Counted from the stretch's first letter, positions 52,265-62,057 are shown. The stretch is DNA of 64,000 nt from Anaerolineales bacterium (GCA_026129305.1 JAHCII010000001.1:26270-90269), one strand, 5' to 3'. The notes: generated by a model from the letters alone, not told the origin. Numbers and translations are program-made.

Positions 52265-52923
52265 TGGCGCCATTCCAAAATAGCTTCGCTCACCGGACAT
52301 TGGTAATTCAGATGAGCCTGGCAAGCCGCGGGCAAGTCCTGCGGCAAAGAGAGGTCGAATTTTTCCATAGTGCGCTTCAGGTGACATAGGGGCAGGCCAA
52401 TCACATTGGCCCGGCAGCCCTGCAATTCCTCTACGGGGTGGAAGCCCGCATGTTGTATCGCATAAGCCCCGGCCTTGTCCAGAGGGTCTCCCGTGGCGAT
52501 GTAAGCCTCCACCTCAGCCTGCGTGTAATCACGCATCGGCACGCTGGTGTCAGCTACATCGCTGTGCAGCTGGCCGTCCATCGTGCGCAACACAGCGATG
52601 CCGCTGAAGACCGAATGCTGGCGGCCGCGCAGCTCGGCCAGCATCTGGCGCGCTTCTTGCTCATCGGCTGGTTTGCCCAGAATACGCTGGCCCTGGGCCA
52701 CGCTGGTATCGGCGGCCAAAACGATCACATCCTGCCCGGCAAAGCGCTCGGCAACCTTGGCGGCCTTCTCCTCTGCCAGGCGGCGCACATAAGCACGCGG
52801 GTCTTCGCCGGGGAGAACATCTTCATTTATATCGGCGGCGAGGACTTCAAAGGGCTGGCGGGTCAAAGCCAGCAATTCTTTACGGCGCGGGGAGCTGGAT
52901 GCAAGAATGAGGGTTTTGGGCAT
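52261..52923 (-). CDS. maf: Maf-like nucleoside triphosphate pyrophosphatase with a Cys-containing C-terminal extension
   Basis: 'LILASSSPRRKELL' and 'KAGAYAIQ' match Maf. The last ~40 aa contain four Cys. Confidence 0.9.
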   Translation of the reverse strand: MPKTLILASSSPRRKELLALTRQPFEVLAADINEDVLPGEDPRAYVRRLAEEKAAKVAERFAGQDVIVLAADTSVAQGQRILGKPADEQEARQMLAELRGRQHSVFSGIAVLRTMDGQLHSDVADTSVPMRDYTQAEVEAYIATGDPLDKAGAYAIQHAGFHPVEELQGCRANVIGLPLCHLKRTMEKFDLSLPQDLPAACQAHLNYQCPVSEAILEWRQ

Positions 52924-53025
52924 GAGCAATCCAGCGATTCTAGCATATCCACCTTACAGACGGATGAAGAGCCCCAAAGCCGTTGTAAAATCTGGCAACG
53001 CAGTCTTCTAATTCGAAAGGCCAGC

Positions 53026-53598
53026 ATGCAAGCACTTAAAGAGCGCATATTAAAAGAGGGCCAAAACCTGGGCAACGGGATTTTGAAGGTGGATGGCTTT
53101 ATTAACCACCAGGTGGACGCCCAATTGATGAACGCCTGCGGACAGGAATTTGCCCGTCTGTTTGGTTCGATAGGTGCCAGCAAAGTACTGACCGCCGAGA
53201 TCTCTGGGATCGCCCCGGCGTTGACCACCGCCCAACACTTGGGCATCCCCGTGGTCTATGCCCGCAAACACAAGCCGATCACCATGCCGGACCAGGTGTT
53301 CCTGACCCTGGCGCCCTCGCACACTAAGGGCCGCACGGTAGAGCTGATCGTTTCGCCGGAATACCTGGCCAGCGGTGAGCGCGTGCTGATCATTGACGAC
53401 TTCCTCGCCTCGGGCAGCACCATCCTGGGCCTGGCCCGCCTGGCGCAGACCGCCGGCGCCCAGATCGTGGGCGTGGGCGCCCTGGTGGAAAAGACCTTTG
53501 AAGGCGGCCGCCAGGCCCTGCAAAGTCTGGACGTGCCGATCCACTCGCTGGCGGCCATCAGCCGCATGGAAGACGAGATCATCGAGTTTGCCGAATGA
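53026..53598 (+). CDS. xpt: Xanthine phosphoribosyltransferase
   Basis: '[31 protein letters not shown]' and the PRPP motif '[13 protein letters not shown]' are present. Confidence 0.92.
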   Translation: MQALKERILKEGQNLGNGILKVDGFINHQVDAQLMNACGQEFARLFGSIGASKVLTAEISGIAPALTTAQHLGIPVVYARKHKPITMPDQVFLTLAPSHTKGRTVELIVSPEYLASGERVLIIDDFLASGSTILGLARLAQTAGAQIVGVGALVEKTFEGGRQALQSLDVPIHSLAAISRMEDEIIEFAE

Positions 53599-55127
53599 TC
53601 GTAATCCTGGACTTCGGTTCACAGACATCGCAGCTGATCGCCCGGCGTTTGCGCGAGGCGCAGGTCTACTGCCAGCTGTTCCCCTGCGATGCCCCGGCGG
53701 AAGAGGTGCTGGCCGCGCAACCCCTGGGCTTTATCCTCTCCGGTGGGCCGGCTTCGGTGTACGCTCCCGGCGCCCCGCAGCTGCCGGACTACGTGCTGAC
53801 CAGCGGCAAGCCCGTGCTGGGCATCTGCTACGGCATGCAGGCGCTGACGCATGCGCTGGGCGGCACAGTGGCCGCTTCCGGGCAGCGCGAATACGGGGCA
53901 GCCGAGATCCACAGCACCACGGAAAACCCGCTGTTGGATGGCGCGCAACGCGTGTGGATGTCTCACGGAGACCGGATCGAGCAGGCGCCGCTCGGGTTCG
54001 TGCCGATCGCCAGCAGCGACAACGCCCCTGTGGCGGCCATGGCCGACCTGCAGCGTAAGCTGTTTGGCGTGCAGTTCCACCCCGAGGTGCAGCACACTCC
54101 AGGCGGCCAGGAGCTGTTGCGGCGTTTTGCTGTGCAGGTGTGCGCCGCGCCGGCCCACTGGACCCCGGAGGGAATTGTGGAGCAGTCTGTGGCCGCCATC
54201 CGCCGGCAGGTCGGTGGGCAGGCCGTGCTGGCCGCCATCAGCGGCGGCGTGGATTCCAGCGTGGCCTCGGCCTTGGTACACCGCGCGATTGGCGACCAAC
54301 TGGTCGCCATTTTTGTAGACAATGGCCTGCTGCGCCAGGGGGAGCGCCAACAGGTGACCCAGGCGCTGCAAAGCGGCCTGGGGATCGAGCTGGTGGTGGT
54401 GGACGCCGCCGCACAGTTCCTGGCGGACCTGGCGGGGGTCACAGACCCGGAGGAAAAGCGCCGCCGGATCGGCGAGCGCTTCATCCGCATCTTTGAAGAG
54501 CAGGCCAAGACCCTGGGCCAACCGCCCTTCCTCCTGCAAGGCACCATCTATCCGGATGTGATCGAATCACGCGCGCCGGAGCGCCAGCACGCCGAACGGA
54601 TCAAAACGCACCACAACGTGGGCGGCCTGCCCGAGGATATGCAGTTCGAGTTGGTCGAGCCGCTGCGCTACCTATTCAAGGATGAAGTGCGCCAGGTGGG
54701 GCTGCAGCTGGGCCTGCCCGTTGAATTGGTCTGGCGCCAGCCGTTCCCCGGGCCTGGGCTGGCGGTGCGCTGCCTGGGCGAGGTGACCGCCCAACGCCTG
54801 GAGCGCCTGCGCGGGGCGGATGCCATCTTCACCAGCGAGCTGCAGGCCGCCGGACTATTGGGCGTGGCAGGCGCGGCGCTGGCGCAGGCCTTCGCCGTGC
54901 TGCTGCCGGTGTACAGCGTGGGGGTGATGGGCGACCAGCGCACCTACCAGGAATGCGTGGCCCTGCGGGCAGTGAGCAGCCAGGACTACATGACCGCCGA
55001 CTGGGCCCGGCTGCCGGAGGATCTGCTGGCCCGCGTCTCCAGCCGCATCGTCAACGAGGTGCAGGGCATAAACCGCGTGGTCTACGACATCAGCAGCAAG
55101 CCGCCGGCCACCATCGAATGGGAGTGA
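53595..55127 (+). CDS. guaA: GMP synthase (glutamine-hydrolysing)
   Basis: GATase 'GICYGMQ', PP-loop 'ISGGVDSSV' and the C-terminal 'PPATIEWE' are present. The start overlaps the xpt stop as ATGA. Confidence 0.97.
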   Translation: MIVILDFGSQTSQLIARRLREAQVYCQLFPCDAPAEEVLAAQPLGFILSGGPASVYAPGAPQLPDYVLTSGKPVLGICYGMQALTHALGGTVAASGQREYGAAEIHSTTENPLLDGAQRVWMSHGDRIEQAPLGFVPIASSDNAPVAAMADLQRKLFGVQFHPEVQHTPGGQELLRRFAVQVCAAPAHWTPEGIVEQSVAAIRRQVGGQAVLAAISGGVDSSVASALVHRAIGDQLVAIFVDNGLLRQGERQQVTQALQSGLGIELVVVDAAAQFLADLAGVTDPEEKRRRIGERFIRIFEEQAKTLGQPPFLLQGTIYPDVIESRAPERQHAERIKTHHNVGGLPEDMQFELVEPLRYLFKDEVRQVGLQLGLPVELVWRQPFPGPGLAVRCLGEVTAQRLERLRGADAIFTSELQAAGLLGVAGAALAQAFAVLLPVYSVGVMGDQRTYQECVALRAVSSQDYMTADWARLPEDLLARVSSRIVNEVQGINRVVYDISSKPPATIEWE

Positions 55128-55251
55128 TGTGGATATCCGAAGGGTGCCAGCAGCATCCTTTTTGGTTAAACTAGCTGAACTGTAACCATTGCTCTGCGGG
55201 TTTCGTATTATTGTATGAACATGGATATTTGGGTCACATAAGGAGAAACCG

Positions 55252-56217
55252 ATGGATTTTGGAAGAGTGTTAACCCGTTCCTGGGAAATCATTTGGAAGA
55301 ACAAGGTGCTGTGGCTGTTTGGCATCTTAGCCTCTTGCGCCAGCGGCGGGGGTGGTGGGGGCGGCGGATTTGGAGGCGGTTCCGGCTGGGATGCTGATAC
55401 AACCCCAGGCACACTGCCGCCCCAATTCGAGCAGTTCGGCCGCGGCGTGGAGGAGTTCTTCACCAACGGCGGCTGGGTGCTGATCGTGGGGTTGGTCTGC
55501 CTGATCGTGCTGATCAGCCTGATCGCGTGGGCCATCGGCATCTTCGGCAAGGTTGGCCTGATCCGCGCTGTGCTGCGCGCCGAAAGTGACCGCCCCATTT
55601 CCTTCCGCACCATCTTTGAAGACGCCAAGGTGGAGTGGATGCCCGCTCTGGGCCTCAACCTGTTGCTGGCTCTTATCGCGCTGGGCGGCACGCTGGTGAT
55701 CGTGGCCATCGGCCTGCCGCTGGGGGTCCTGACCCTGGGCATCGGCCTGATCTGCCTGGTGTGTCTGGCCGTGCCGCTGGCGATCGCCTTCAACATCTAC
55801 AGTGAACTGGCCAACGTGGCCTTGGTGAAAGACCGCCAGGGCGTGAGCGCCGCGCTGAGCAAGGCCTGGGAGACGCTGCGCAGCCAGCCGGGACCGGTGA
55901 TCATGCTGGCGGTGATCCTGTTCATTGTGGGGTTGGTGGCCGGCGTGGTGATCGCTTTGCCGCTGCTGGTGATCTTCATCCCCTTCTTTTTTACCATCTT
56001 CAACGACGCCAACACGCTGGGCCAGAGTTTTCTGGTGGCGATTGGCCTGTTCGTACTGATGCTGCCGCTGGTGCTGTTGCTGCAAGGCATCCTGACCAGC
56101 TATGTGCAAAGTGCCTGGACGCTGGGCTACTTGGAATTGGACACCCCGGCGGCTCCACAGATCGTGGAGCCGGCCCCCAAACCACGCCGCCCGCGCACCC
56201 CGAAGGCGGCCGCGTAA
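55252..56217 (+). CDS. Polytopic membrane protein of unknown function with a poly-Gly loop
   Basis: Has several TM helices and 'SGGGGGGGGFGGGSG' after TM1. AAGGAGAA lies upstream of the ATG. Confidence 0.6.
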   Translation: MDFGRVLTRSWEIIWKNKVLWLFGILASCASGGGGGGGGFGGGSGWDADTTPGTLPPQFEQFGRGVEEFFTNGGWVLIVGLVCLIVLISLIAWAIGIFGKVGLIRAVLRAESDRPISFRTIFEDAKVEWMPALGLNLLLALIALGGTLVIVAIGLPLGVLTLGIGLICLVCLAVPLAIAFNIYSELANVALVKDRQGVSAALSKAWETLRSQPGPVIMLAVILFIVGLVAGVVIALPLLVIFIPFFFTIFNDANTLGQSFLVAIGLFVLMLPLVLLLQGILTSYVQSAWTLGYLELDTPAAPQIVEPAPKPRRPRTPKAAA

Positions 56218-56218
56218 C

Positions 56219-56734
56219 TTGAACCCACTGCAATCTCTGCTCCAAATCCCGTGGTTGCTGCGCACCCGCCGCAACCACGGGCTGGAGCATGCCAGCATTC
56301 ACATCCTGACCGCCCGGCGCAGCCATAGCGGCCTGGCGGGGCATTCGGATGCCGGCGGTTTCTGGCTGATCGGTGAGGTCCAGACCGAAATCGTGGAAGC
56401 GGCCGTGCAGGAAGCCCTGCAGCGTTTCCGCGCCGGCCAAGCCGGGCTGGCGGTGCACCCCAACTGCGGCACCAACCTGGTGACCGCCGCGGCGGTCACC
56501 GGCGGCATGGGCAATCTGGCCCTGCGCGGCAGCCAGCGCAACACTTGGGCTCTGCGCCTGCCGCTGGCCCTGCTGGCCAGCGTACTAGGCCTGCTGCTGG
56601 CCCGCCCGCTGGGCGGCTGGCTGCAAAAATACATCACCACCAGCGCCGACATGGGCGACCTGCAAGTCATCAGCATTCGGCGCAGCCAGCGCGGCCGCAC
56701 CACCCTGCACCGCGTGGAAACCTTCAGTTCATGA
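56219..56734 (+). CDS. Conserved hypothetical protein ('HPNCGTN' motif)
   Basis: 'RRNHGLEHASIHIL' and 'AVHPNCGTNLVTAA' look like a conserved uncharacterised family. The TTG start at 56219 was chosen only by gene packing. Confidence 0.45.
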   Translation: MNPLQSLLQIPWLLRTRRNHGLEHASIHILTARRSHSGLAGHSDAGGFWLIGEVQTEIVEAAVQEALQRFRAGQAGLAVHPNCGTNLVTAAAVTGGMGNLALRGSQRNTWALRLPLALLASVLGLLLARPLGGWLQKYITTSADMGDLQVISIRRSQRGRTTLHRVETFSS

Positions 56735-57708
56735 GCGCCCCCAGCATCTACCTGTTCCACGGGGACGACGAGCCGGCCATCAAGGCAGCTACCGCCGCCT
56801 TGGTTACCCAACTGGGCGACCCCAGCACGGCGGAGATGAACACAGCCCATTTCGAGGGCAGCCTCTCACTGGACGCGCTGACCGGGGCCGCCATGGCAAT
56901 GCCCTTCCTCAGCGCCCGGCGGGTGGTCAGCGTGCTGGGAGCCGCCAAAACCTTCAACGCCGCCGAGCCGCGCGCCGCCTTCATCCGCTTTCTGGAGCAA
57001 ATTCCCGCCAGCACGGCCTTTGTGATCCAGGAGTTTGCCGCACTGGACGCCAAACATTGGCTGCTGAAGTGGGTGCAGGCTGCCGGCTCACGCGCCCAGG
57101 TCCAGCGGTTCGAACTGCCCAAAGGTCCGCAAATGGCGGCCTGGCTGCAGCAGCGCACCACCGAACTGGGTGGGACGCTGCAGCCGCAGGCCGCCGTGGC
57201 GCTGGTGCAGCTGCTGGGCAGCGACAAGCTGGCTGCGGACGGTGAACTGGCTAAATTGCTGGCCTATGTGGACTACAGCCGTCCTATTCAAGCGCAGGAC
57301 GTACAGCTGCTGTGCCAGCCGATCGGTGAGCAAGGCGACTTCTTCGGCCTGCTCGATTCGCTGGTGGGCGGCAACCCGGCCCAGGCCATGAACCGGCTGG
57401 AAACCCTGCTGCAAGAGCGCGACCATATTCTGTTCTTCTTCAGCCTGGTGGGCCATTTTCGGCTTCTGGTGCAAACCCGCCAACTGATGGATGCCGGCCT
57501 CAAAGCGCCAGAGATCGCCAAGGAGTTGAGCATCCACCCCTTCCGGGCGGAAAAGCTGGCCGGGCAGGCGCGCCGTTTTTCGGCGCGGGCACTCAAGGCA
57601 CTCTATCAGCGCTTATTTACACTCGATCAGGAAATGAAGACGGGGAAGATCGAACCCAGCCTGGCGATGGAAACCTTTGTGGCCGCCCTCAGCGTGCCAA
57701 CGGCTTAA
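56731..57708 (+). CDS. holA: DNA polymerase III delta subunit
   Basis: 'IYLFHGDDEPAIKAA' and 'PFLSARRVVSV' match, and the length and helical C-terminal domain fit HolA. The start overlaps the upstream stop as ATGA. Confidence 0.85.
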   Translation: MSAPSIYLFHGDDEPAIKAATAALVTQLGDPSTAEMNTAHFEGSLSLDALTGAAMAMPFLSARRVVSVLGAAKTFNAAEPRAAFIRFLEQIPASTAFVIQEFAALDAKHWLLKWVQAAGSRAQVQRFELPKGPQMAAWLQQRTTELGGTLQPQAAVALVQLLGSDKLAADGELAKLLAYVDYSRPIQAQDVQLLCQPIGEQGDFFGLLDSLVGGNPAQAMNRLETLLQERDHILFFFSLVGHFRLLVQTRQLMDAGLKAPEIAKELSIHPFRAEKLAGQARRFSARALKALYQRLFTLDQEMKTGKIEPSLAMETFVAALSVPTA

Positions 57709-57943
57709 CCCGGCCCTCGGGCGCCACCGAACCCAACCAAAGATAATTGGGCAGCAAGGCAGGTTTGGCCTCCACCCGCAGGCCGGCAATGCGCCCGCCG
57801 GCGGCGGGCAGCAAGCTGGGGTGCACCAGGCACAAACTGGGATCTTGCCCATAGCGGTGGCGATAGCGTTCCGCCGCCCACAGCACGCGGGCCTCCGGGC
57901 TCATACTGGTGTCTTCGATCAAAAACAATTCGCCGAGTTCCAT
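57689..57943 (-). CDS. Small hypothetical protein
   Basis: ATG 57943 lies 6 nt after AAGGAG. Codon usage looks coding. No family was recognised. Confidence 0.4.
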   Translation of the reverse strand: MELGELFLIEDTSMSPEARVLWAAERYRHRYGQDPSLCLVHPSLLPAAGGRIAGLRVEAKPALLPNYLWLGSVAPEGRVKPLAR

Positions 57944-58011
57944 AATGAACTCCTTCATGGGAGCCAACGAGCGCTCCCATGAAGATACTATCGGCCCGAT
58001 ATTGGAGAAGT

Positions 58012-58638
58012 CTAAGAATTGCGCGGCGCAGTTAAGCGCGGGATGAAAGCCGGCGTACGCTCTTTATAGGCCTGATAGGCCCGGCCAAAGGCCTTTTCCA
58101 GCTTGCGCTCCTCGAACCAGGACCCCACCACAAAGTACAGCGTGATCGCCACGATCAACGCCAGTGTGTTCGAGCTCATCCAAGGCAGCAGCCACAAGAC
58201 CAGCAGGCTGCCAGTATACAGCGGGTGGCGCACGCGGGCGTACACGCCGCCAGTCACCAGGCCTCCCGGCGCGGCAGGGCCGGCCAGCTGGCTAAAGCCC
58301 AGAAAGTCAGCGATACCTGTTTGGCGCAGCGAGGCGGCCAGCAACCCCAGCCCGGCCAGCTGGCCCAGCAAGCTGAAAGGCAAGGCCCAGACCGGCAGGC
58401 GGTACAGCAGGCCGTCCGGCAGCCAAGCGACCAAGACCAGCACGGGCAGCAGGCTGACCAGGCCGACTACATTGAAGAACAGCCGATAGCAGCGCTGCAC
58501 AACCGCGGCGCCCAAGCGCCGGGTTGCCCAATCTTTGACGCCAGCCCCTGCCAGCAGCGAGTGCAACACTGCATACAAACCAAAGGCCAGCAGGATCCCC
58601 CCAGCAGAGGAGAGATTCATGGCAGGGCCAGCTCCCAA
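58012..58638 (-). CDS. ICMT/PEMT-superfamily membrane methyltransferase
   Basis: It has 4-5 TM helices. 'GGVYARVRHPLYTGSLL' is the RHPxYxG signature. Confidence 0.7.
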   Translation of the reverse strand: MGAGPAMNLSSAGGILLAFGLYAVLHSLLAGAGVKDWATRRLGAAVVQRCYRLFFNVVGLVSLLPVLVLVAWLPDGLLYRLPVWALPFSLLGQLAGLGLLAASLRQTGIADFLGFSQLAGPAAPGGLVTGGVYARVRHPLYTGSLLVLWLLPWMSSNTLALIVAITLYFVVGSWFEERKLEKAFGRAYQAYKERTPAFIPRLTAPRNS

Positions 58639-59702
58639 ACACGCTCAAACTCGCCCAAGTATTCCGCCGCCAGCAACGGACTTCCGATCACCAGCACATT
58701 CTCGTCATTGTGCCGCTCGGCACTGTTGCTGAAGTTGTACGAACCGGTCACCACAATGCTCTCGTCGATGATCAGCACTTTGTGATGCATGGCGCCGCGC
58801 TCCCCATCCAGACGCACGTCCAAGCCAGCTTCAATGAAGCCATGATATTCGCCGCCGGTGTTGTTGAGGCCCTGCTCCTCGTCCATCACGCCGTAGATCT
58901 GCACACCGCGCTGGGCGGCGGCGTGCACCGCGGCAGCCAGATCGTCTGAGGTGAAAGAAAAGGCCATGAAATAGATGCTCTCTTCGGCGGCATTGACCAG
59001 AGCCACCAAACGGCGCAGCACGCCGTCCTCCGGGGCAAAGTAGGTCTCCACGCGCAGCTCGCCAAAATACCACTGTGGATAAGGTGTATTGGCCGGAGAA
59101 AGATCGCCAAAGTCAAAGCCGAGGAACATTTCCTCAAATTCGGTCAGGTAATTCTCGGCCAGCTCGGGCGAAACAATCCGCAGCAGGTTGTTGCGGTTGA
59201 AGTAAGCGCCGCTGACGTTGTAGTTCATCGACCCGGTCCAGACCTCCTGGCGGTCAATGATGGTGAACTTGTTGTGCATAAAATCCTGGTCGCGGTCATC
59301 CACCACGGCAATGCCTGCGGCCTGCAGTTCTTGCAGTTCCGTCCGGCGACGCAGGTTGTCGCTCTCCACCACCAGGCGCACCAGCACCCCGCGCTGGTGC
59401 GCGTCCAGCAGAGCGTCACGCACGCTCCACAGATCCAGGTCGTAGATGGCCATGTCCACACTGACCTTGGCGGCGGCGATGGCCGCCGCCAAGTGTGCAT
59501 CTGGACCGCCGCGCACACTCTGGGCGTGCGGGCTTTGTGGATCGCTAAAATACACGCTGATCAGAGGCGCTTCGCCGGCTGCCTCCGGCGGCTGAGGCGC
59601 GGCGGGCTGGGGACTGCAAGCCAGCAGCAGGGCGAACAAGACAAAAAGGCCAATGTAGGTACGCAAGCCAACATTATAATGAGACCCACTGACAATGGAC
59701 AA
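58617..59702 (-). CDS. Secreted phospholipase D-superfamily protein (two HKD motifs)
   Basis: 'HNKFTIID' and 'HHKVLIID' are HxKxxxxD motifs. A signal peptide or lipobox 'LLLACS' is present. Confidence 0.85.
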   Translation of the reverse strand: MSIVSGSHYNVGLRTYIGLFVLFALLLACSPQPAAPQPPEAAGEAPLISVYFSDPQSPHAQSVRGGPDAHLAAAIAAAKVSVDMAIYDLDLWSVRDALLDAHQRGVLVRLVVESDNLRRRTELQELQAAGIAVVDDRDQDFMHNKFTIIDRQEVWTGSMNYNVSGAYFNRNNLLRIVSPELAENYLTEFEEMFLGFDFGDLSPANTPYPQWYFGELRVETYFAPEDGVLRRLVALVNAAEESIYFMAFSFTSDDLAAAVHAAAQRGVQIYGVMDEEQGLNNTGGEYHGFIEAGLDVRLDGERGAMHHKVLIIDESIVVTGSYNFSNSAERHNDENVLVIGSPLLAAEYLGEFERVWELALP

Positions 59703-60249
59703 CCAGACCTATTCCGTAGAGATCGCCGGGCTGACCCGGGAACTGCCCCTGGTGGAAGTCGCCCCCGGCGTGACCATTGCGCTGCTCAATATCTTGGGCG
59801 ATACTGCTTTAGTGCGCGCCAGCGCCCAAGCCCTGGCCGAGAAACTGGCCAGCGTGGAGTACGACACGCTGGTCACCGCCGAAGCCAAAAGTATTCCGCT
59901 GACCCATGTGCTGGCCGAAGTGACCGAAAAGCCATACGTGGTGCTGCGCAAGAGCTACAAGCTCTACATGGGCGAGGCCATACAAGCTGAGACGGTCTCC
60001 ATCACCACCGGCGCCCCGCAGACCCTGTACCTGGACGCCAAAGACCGCGGCCTGGTGAGCGGCAAGCGCGTGGTGCTGGTGGACGATGTAGTCAGCACCG
60101 GGTCCACTCAGCAGGGCATGCGAGCCGTGATGGAAAAGGCCGGGGCGCAGGTCGCAGCAGAAGCGGCTATCTTCACCGAAGGCGACCAGGCCAAGTGGGC
60201 GCACATCATCGCCCTGGGCCATCTGCCTATCTTTTTGCAAGATTCCTAA
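59695..60249 (+). CDS. Type I phosphoribosyltransferase (adenine/xanthine PRT-like)
   Basis: PRPP loop 'VVLVDDVVSTGST'. The N-terminus 'YSVEIAGLTRELPLVEV' is typical of this PRT subfamily. Confidence 0.8.
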   Translation: MDNQTYSVEIAGLTRELPLVEVAPGVTIALLNILGDTALVRASAQALAEKLASVEYDTLVTAEAKSIPLTHVLAEVTEKPYVVLRKSYKLYMGEAIQAETVSITTGAPQTLYLDAKDRGLVSGKRVVLVDDVVSTGSTQQGMRAVMEKAGAQVAAEAAIFTEGDQAKWAHIIALGHLPIFLQDS

Positions 60250-60295
60250 GTATCAATTGCCTCCCCTTTTCGTTCTGTAAGCAGGAGTGAATGCC

Positions 60296-60703
60296 ATGCA
60301 AAAGAAATCTATTTTGATGCTTGTTTTGGCCGTATTGGTTGTGGCGCAGATCGCCTGTGGTTTCAACTACAGCACCGCCAACATTGCTGACGCCTACATG
60401 AGCCTGGACAGCGAAGGCACCCAAGGCACCAGCGTGTACAGCGACGAGGCTGTCTTTTACGCGATTGTGGACCTGGCCAACGCACCCGACGGTACAGAAG
60501 TGACCGCCGCCTGGATCGCGGCAGACGTGGAGGGTGAAGAACCCAACCTGCTGATCGACGAGGTCTCCATCACCAGCGGCAGCACCGTGCTGGTCTTCGA
60601 CCTGGCCAATGAAGTCGGTTTCCTGTGGCCGGCCGGCGCCTATCAGGTGGAGATATACCTGAACGGCGAACTGGACACCACGCTGAATTTCCAAGTACAA
60701 TAA
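60296..60703 (+). CDS. Small secreted/lipoprotein of unknown function
   Basis: Signal peptide 'KKSILMLVLAVLVVAQIACG'. ATG 60296 lies 8 nt after AGGAG. Confidence 0.6.
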   Translation: MQKKSILMLVLAVLVVAQIACGFNYSTANIADAYMSLDSEGTQGTSVYSDEAVFYAIVDLANAPDGTEVTAAWIAADVEGEEPNLLIDEVSITSGSTVLVFDLANEVGFLWPAGAYQVEIYLNGELDTTLNFQVQ

Positions 60704-60722
60704 GGGCACAGACCAACCCAAC

Positions 60723-60753
60723 AAAAACAGCCGCGCATGCGCGGCTGTTTTTG
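60723..60753. terminator. Bidirectional terminator
   Basis: AAAAACAGCCGCGC-at-GCGCGGCTGTTTTTG. Confidence 0.9.
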
Positions 60754-60775
60754 TTACCTCTTCTGTCGCTGACGG

Positions 60776-61765
60776 TTAGCGCAGCCCCATCTTCTCCATC
60801 GCCTCGCGCAGCGTGGCCTGCACCAGCGGACGGGCGCGCTCGGTGCCTTCATCCAGCACTTTGACCACATAGCCGGCATCTTTCTGCAGCTCCACACGGC
60901 GAGCGCGCAGCGGCGCCAAGTAGTCGTTGAGCGCTTCGGCCAAGCGACGTTTGACTTCCACGTCGCCCACCTTGCCCTGACGATAACGCGTTTTGAAGTC
61001 CTCCACTTCGTCAGTGTTGGGGTTAAAGACCTCATGGTATTCGAAGACCGGGTTGCCCTCGACTGTGCCAGGGTCGGTGGCGCGCAGACGGGTCGGGTCG
61101 GTGTACATGCTCATCACTTTCTTGGTGGTCTCTTCCGACGTGTCGCCCAGGCGGATGGTATTGCCGTAAGAGTTGTGCATGGTGCGGTTGTCGGTGCCGG
61201 GCAAACGGGCGGTTTTGGTCAGCAGCCCTTCCGGCTCCGGGAAGGTTTCGCCGTACTGGGTATTGAAGCGCCGGGCGATCTCGCGGGTCAGCTCGATGTG
61301 CGGCAGCTGGTCCTCGCCTACCGGCACCAGGTTGGCCTTGTAGATCAGGATATCGGCACTTTGCAGCACCGGGTAGGTTAGCAAGCCCAGCGAGGGGTTG
61401 AGCTTGAGCTGCTGGATCTGCTCCTTGTAGGTCGGCACGCGCTCCAGGCGGGCCACGGTGGTGAGCATGCCGAACAGCAGCGAGAGCTGGGCATGCTCCA
61501 TCAGCGCCGATTGGCGTACGAAGGTGGCCTTGGCCGGGTCCAGGCCCGAAGCCAGCCAGTCCACCATCACGTCGGTAATGTTGGACTGGATGCGACCGGG
61601 GTGCTCAAAGTCCGTGGTCAGCACGTGCAGGTCGGCAATGAGGAAATAGCACTCATAGTCGTCCTGCATCTTGCCCCACTGCTCCAGGGTGCCCACCAGG
61701 TGGCCGATGTGGCGCGGGCCGGTGGGCCGATGCCCGGTAAGAATGCGCCCTTTTGTCAGTACCAT
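60776..61765 (-). CDS. trpS: Tryptophan--tRNA ligase
   Basis: 'ILTGHRPTGPRHIGHLVG' carries HIGH, and 'GEDQLPHIELTREIARRFN' matches. The KMSKS position reads 'TMHNS'. ATG 61765 follows GGAGG. Confidence 0.92.
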   Translation of the reverse strand: MVLTKGRILTGHRPTGPRHIGHLVGTLEQWGKMQDDYECYFLIADLHVLTTDFEHPGRIQSNITDVMVDWLASGLDPAKATFVRQSALMEHAQLSLLFGMLTTVARLERVPTYKEQIQQLKLNPSLGLLTYPVLQSADILIYKANLVPVGEDQLPHIELTREIARRFNTQYGETFPEPEGLLTKTARLPGTDNRTMHNSYGNTIRLGDTSEETTKKVMSMYTDPTRLRATDPGTVEGNPVFEYHEVFNPNTDEVEDFKTRYRQGKVGDVEVKRRLAEALNDYLAPLRARRVELQKDAGYVVKVLDEGTERARPLVQATLREAMEKMGLR

Positions 61766-62051
61766 TGCTCTACCTCCAGAGAAATAAAATTCGTCCTCAA
61801 TCACATGATTGAAATCATGTGATTGAGGACGAATAGGGATCCGTGGTGCCACCTCAGTTAATCAGCCGTATGGGCTGATTCGCTTGAAGCCCGCTAACGG
61901 GGGCGAACCGGCGGCAGCTACTGGAAATCCGTTCACTGCGCAACTCGGCGGTCCATTCCAAGCCGGCGTGGGGGCAGGCTTTCAGCGCTTCCTGCTCTCT
62001 GTGCCTTCGTTTCGGCGTGTACTTGTCCGCTTCGCGGTCTTTGCTTATTGA
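61766..62051 (-). ncRNA. T-box leader (tRNA-Trp specifier) controlling trpS
   Basis: On the minus strand I see a GA/'AGAGAG' motif and a specifier-like GGAAUGGACC, with UGG at 61955-61953 followed by A. The T-box sequence AACUGAGGUGGCACCACGG lies at 61860-61841. The terminator is UUCGUCCUCAAUCACAUGAUU-UCA-AAUCAUGUGAUUGAGGACGAA followed by UUUUAUUU (61833-61782). Confidence 0.88.
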
Positions 62052-62057
62052 GTAAGG

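Noticed and set aside
52930-53025. Possible purine riboswitch upstream of xpt
   Set aside because: I looked for the conserved purine-riboswitch loops (UAUAAU...ACCGUAAAU-like three-way junction) and found nothing resembling them. The spacer is also only ~100 nt.
54855-56298. 313-aa and 323-aa minus-strand ORFs opposite guaA and the poly-Gly membrane protein gene
   Set aside because: They are antisense to well-supported or better-supported genes, with Pro/Ser/Arg or His/Gln-rich low-complexity translations.
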